Shown: piece after piece, positions 31,336 to 32,000 of the stretch | How the letters are laid out: each line of letters begins with the position of its first letter | Position numbering within the stretch: the first letter of the stretch is position 1 | Assembly (NCBI RefSeq): GCF_003428155.1 | Contig: NZ_QLIR01000012.1 | Location: forward strand, 31,917-63,916 | Direction of reading: 5' to 3' | Origin: Fastidiosibacter lacustris | Lineage (GTDB): Bacteria; Pseudomonadota; Gammaproteobacteria; Francisellales; Francisellaceae | DNA: 32,000 bases | Translations under genes and position numbers: made by a program | Notes under the pieces: model-generated | Databases searched by the model: none | What the model was told of the DNA's origin: nothing | Seen by the model: the letters and a program-made list of their open reading frames with translations, nothing else

Positions 31336-32000
31336 GTTATGGTTGACTCATTTTCACAACGGTACAATGTAACCCCTTCGCTCCATTCCCATTACAGGAA
31401 TTTCAACACTACTACGAGTTACTCCGCCCCTGTGCTCTGCTTTGGTACTTTCATCCTTATGGGGCTACCACTTCAGATTTTTCCCTTGTCATCAGAACGA
31501 CAGGTTCCCAAGTTCCTGCTAAAAGCCTAAGATAAGCTCATGCCACCTCAATACCCGATGCCGCTCAGTCAGTAAATAGCTAACTTCTGAGCTTATCCCA
31601 ATGCTCCACTACCCATTGGTTTTGACATCATGAAAATTGCTAACGATACGTCATCAATGGTTCACTTTCATTCATCTTCTTATCTCATACCTGACATATA
31701 TTTATGCCTTTTCCTCAACGCTCACTACCATAACTCTTTATTACAGCAGCTTGAGGTGGTTTGAAGCCTGTAGCTATATACCGACTTCGGGAGACCTACT
31801 CCCATCTTCTAACAAGCATGGTGTTTACACACCTTCTTGGCACACTAATGGACTGCAAACTTAAATGCTTTTTTATTTTATCTTTCTTGATATTATGTTG
31901 GTCAAATTATAATAAACAAGTTTAACGTAAAATTTAGGACAGATAGTCTGAAAACTATATTGCTTCTTGACACTTAGCAAATCTCGTTCTGTTGCAAACT

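Larger units (their letters stand above)
30002..31845 (-). mobile_element. Group II intron (1844 nt) with an intron-encoded RT/maturase
   Basis: On the minus strand the 5' end is GTGTGCCAAGAAGGTG (GUGYG) at 31845. A domain III-like GGAGTAACTCGTAGTAGT is present. Domain V lies at 30042-30075. Domain VI is GAGAAGTTAGAGG/CCTCTGGCTT-A-CTC with a bulged A, and the 3' end is ...CTCGAC at 30002. Confidence 0.85.

Noticed and set aside
31846-31860. The intron's 5' exon ends in GCAGTCCATTA, and both 38-nt relic repeats end in (A/G)GTCCATTC. This suggested two unoccupied intron homing sites.
   Set aside because: The shared core is only the 7-mer GTCCATT plus a T-run, and a 7-mer is expected about four times by chance in 64 kb of two-strand sequence. 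The 3'-exon sides are unrelated and the occupied site is on the other strand. The observation is interesting but not supportable.
31339-31864. Plus-strand ORFs 31339-31530 and 31637-31864.
   Set aside because: They lie antisense to group II intron domains I-III, which is structured RNA. They have no SD and their composition is not protein-like.

Overview
AT-rich segment of an F-like (MPF-F / MOB-F12-type) conjugative plasmid or ICE from a low-GC Gammaproteobacterium; the host cannot be determined from the sequence. All family calls rest on motif and alignment recall plus reading the DNA, with no database search. Layout: (i) 1-6460, distal transfer genes: traH-like 3' end, traG, an opposite-strand membrane ORF, traT, traD. 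(ii) 6.5-10.2 kb, cargo between traD and traI: a truncated HU-like gene, a 316-aa orphan, an Rpn-family PD-(D/E)XK nuclease, and 0.9 kb of ORF-free DNA with GC-rich hairpin repeats. (iii) 10272-16805, a 2177-aa F-like TraI relaxase-helicase with an extra C-terminal Toprim/primase-like module. (iv) 16.9-17.7 kb, a TraM-like gene and an RHH gene on the minus strand. (v) 17706-18254, an intergenic region whose plus strand carries a near-copy of the F/R100 nic sequence (18020-18037). This is the probable oriT, making the plus strand the transferred strand. (vi) 18.25-22.7 kb, the predicted leading region. Seven of nine genes lie on the minus strand, so they are templated by the incoming strand: ArdC, a RelE-type TA pair, a 117-aa orphan, a two-repeat RecX-like mini-protein, and an AlbA_2/Schlafen-like protein with a small acidic partner. 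I consider this block the best candidate for undescribed anti-defence or establishment functions. (vii) 22.9-25.7 kb, plus-strand DUF378, HTH, WGR and DUF3987 genes followed by an iteron-like repeat array. (viii) 25.7-28.3 kb, two more toxin-first TA modules, a serine resolvase with a candidate res palindrome, and a truncated IS481-like transposase. (ix) 28.4-29.8 kb, a very AT-rich cargo encoding two secreted proteins, one with a PPPDE/DeSI-like Cys-His motif. (x) 30002-31845, a complete group II intron on the minus strand with an RT/maturase ORF, canonical domain V and a bulged-A domain VI.
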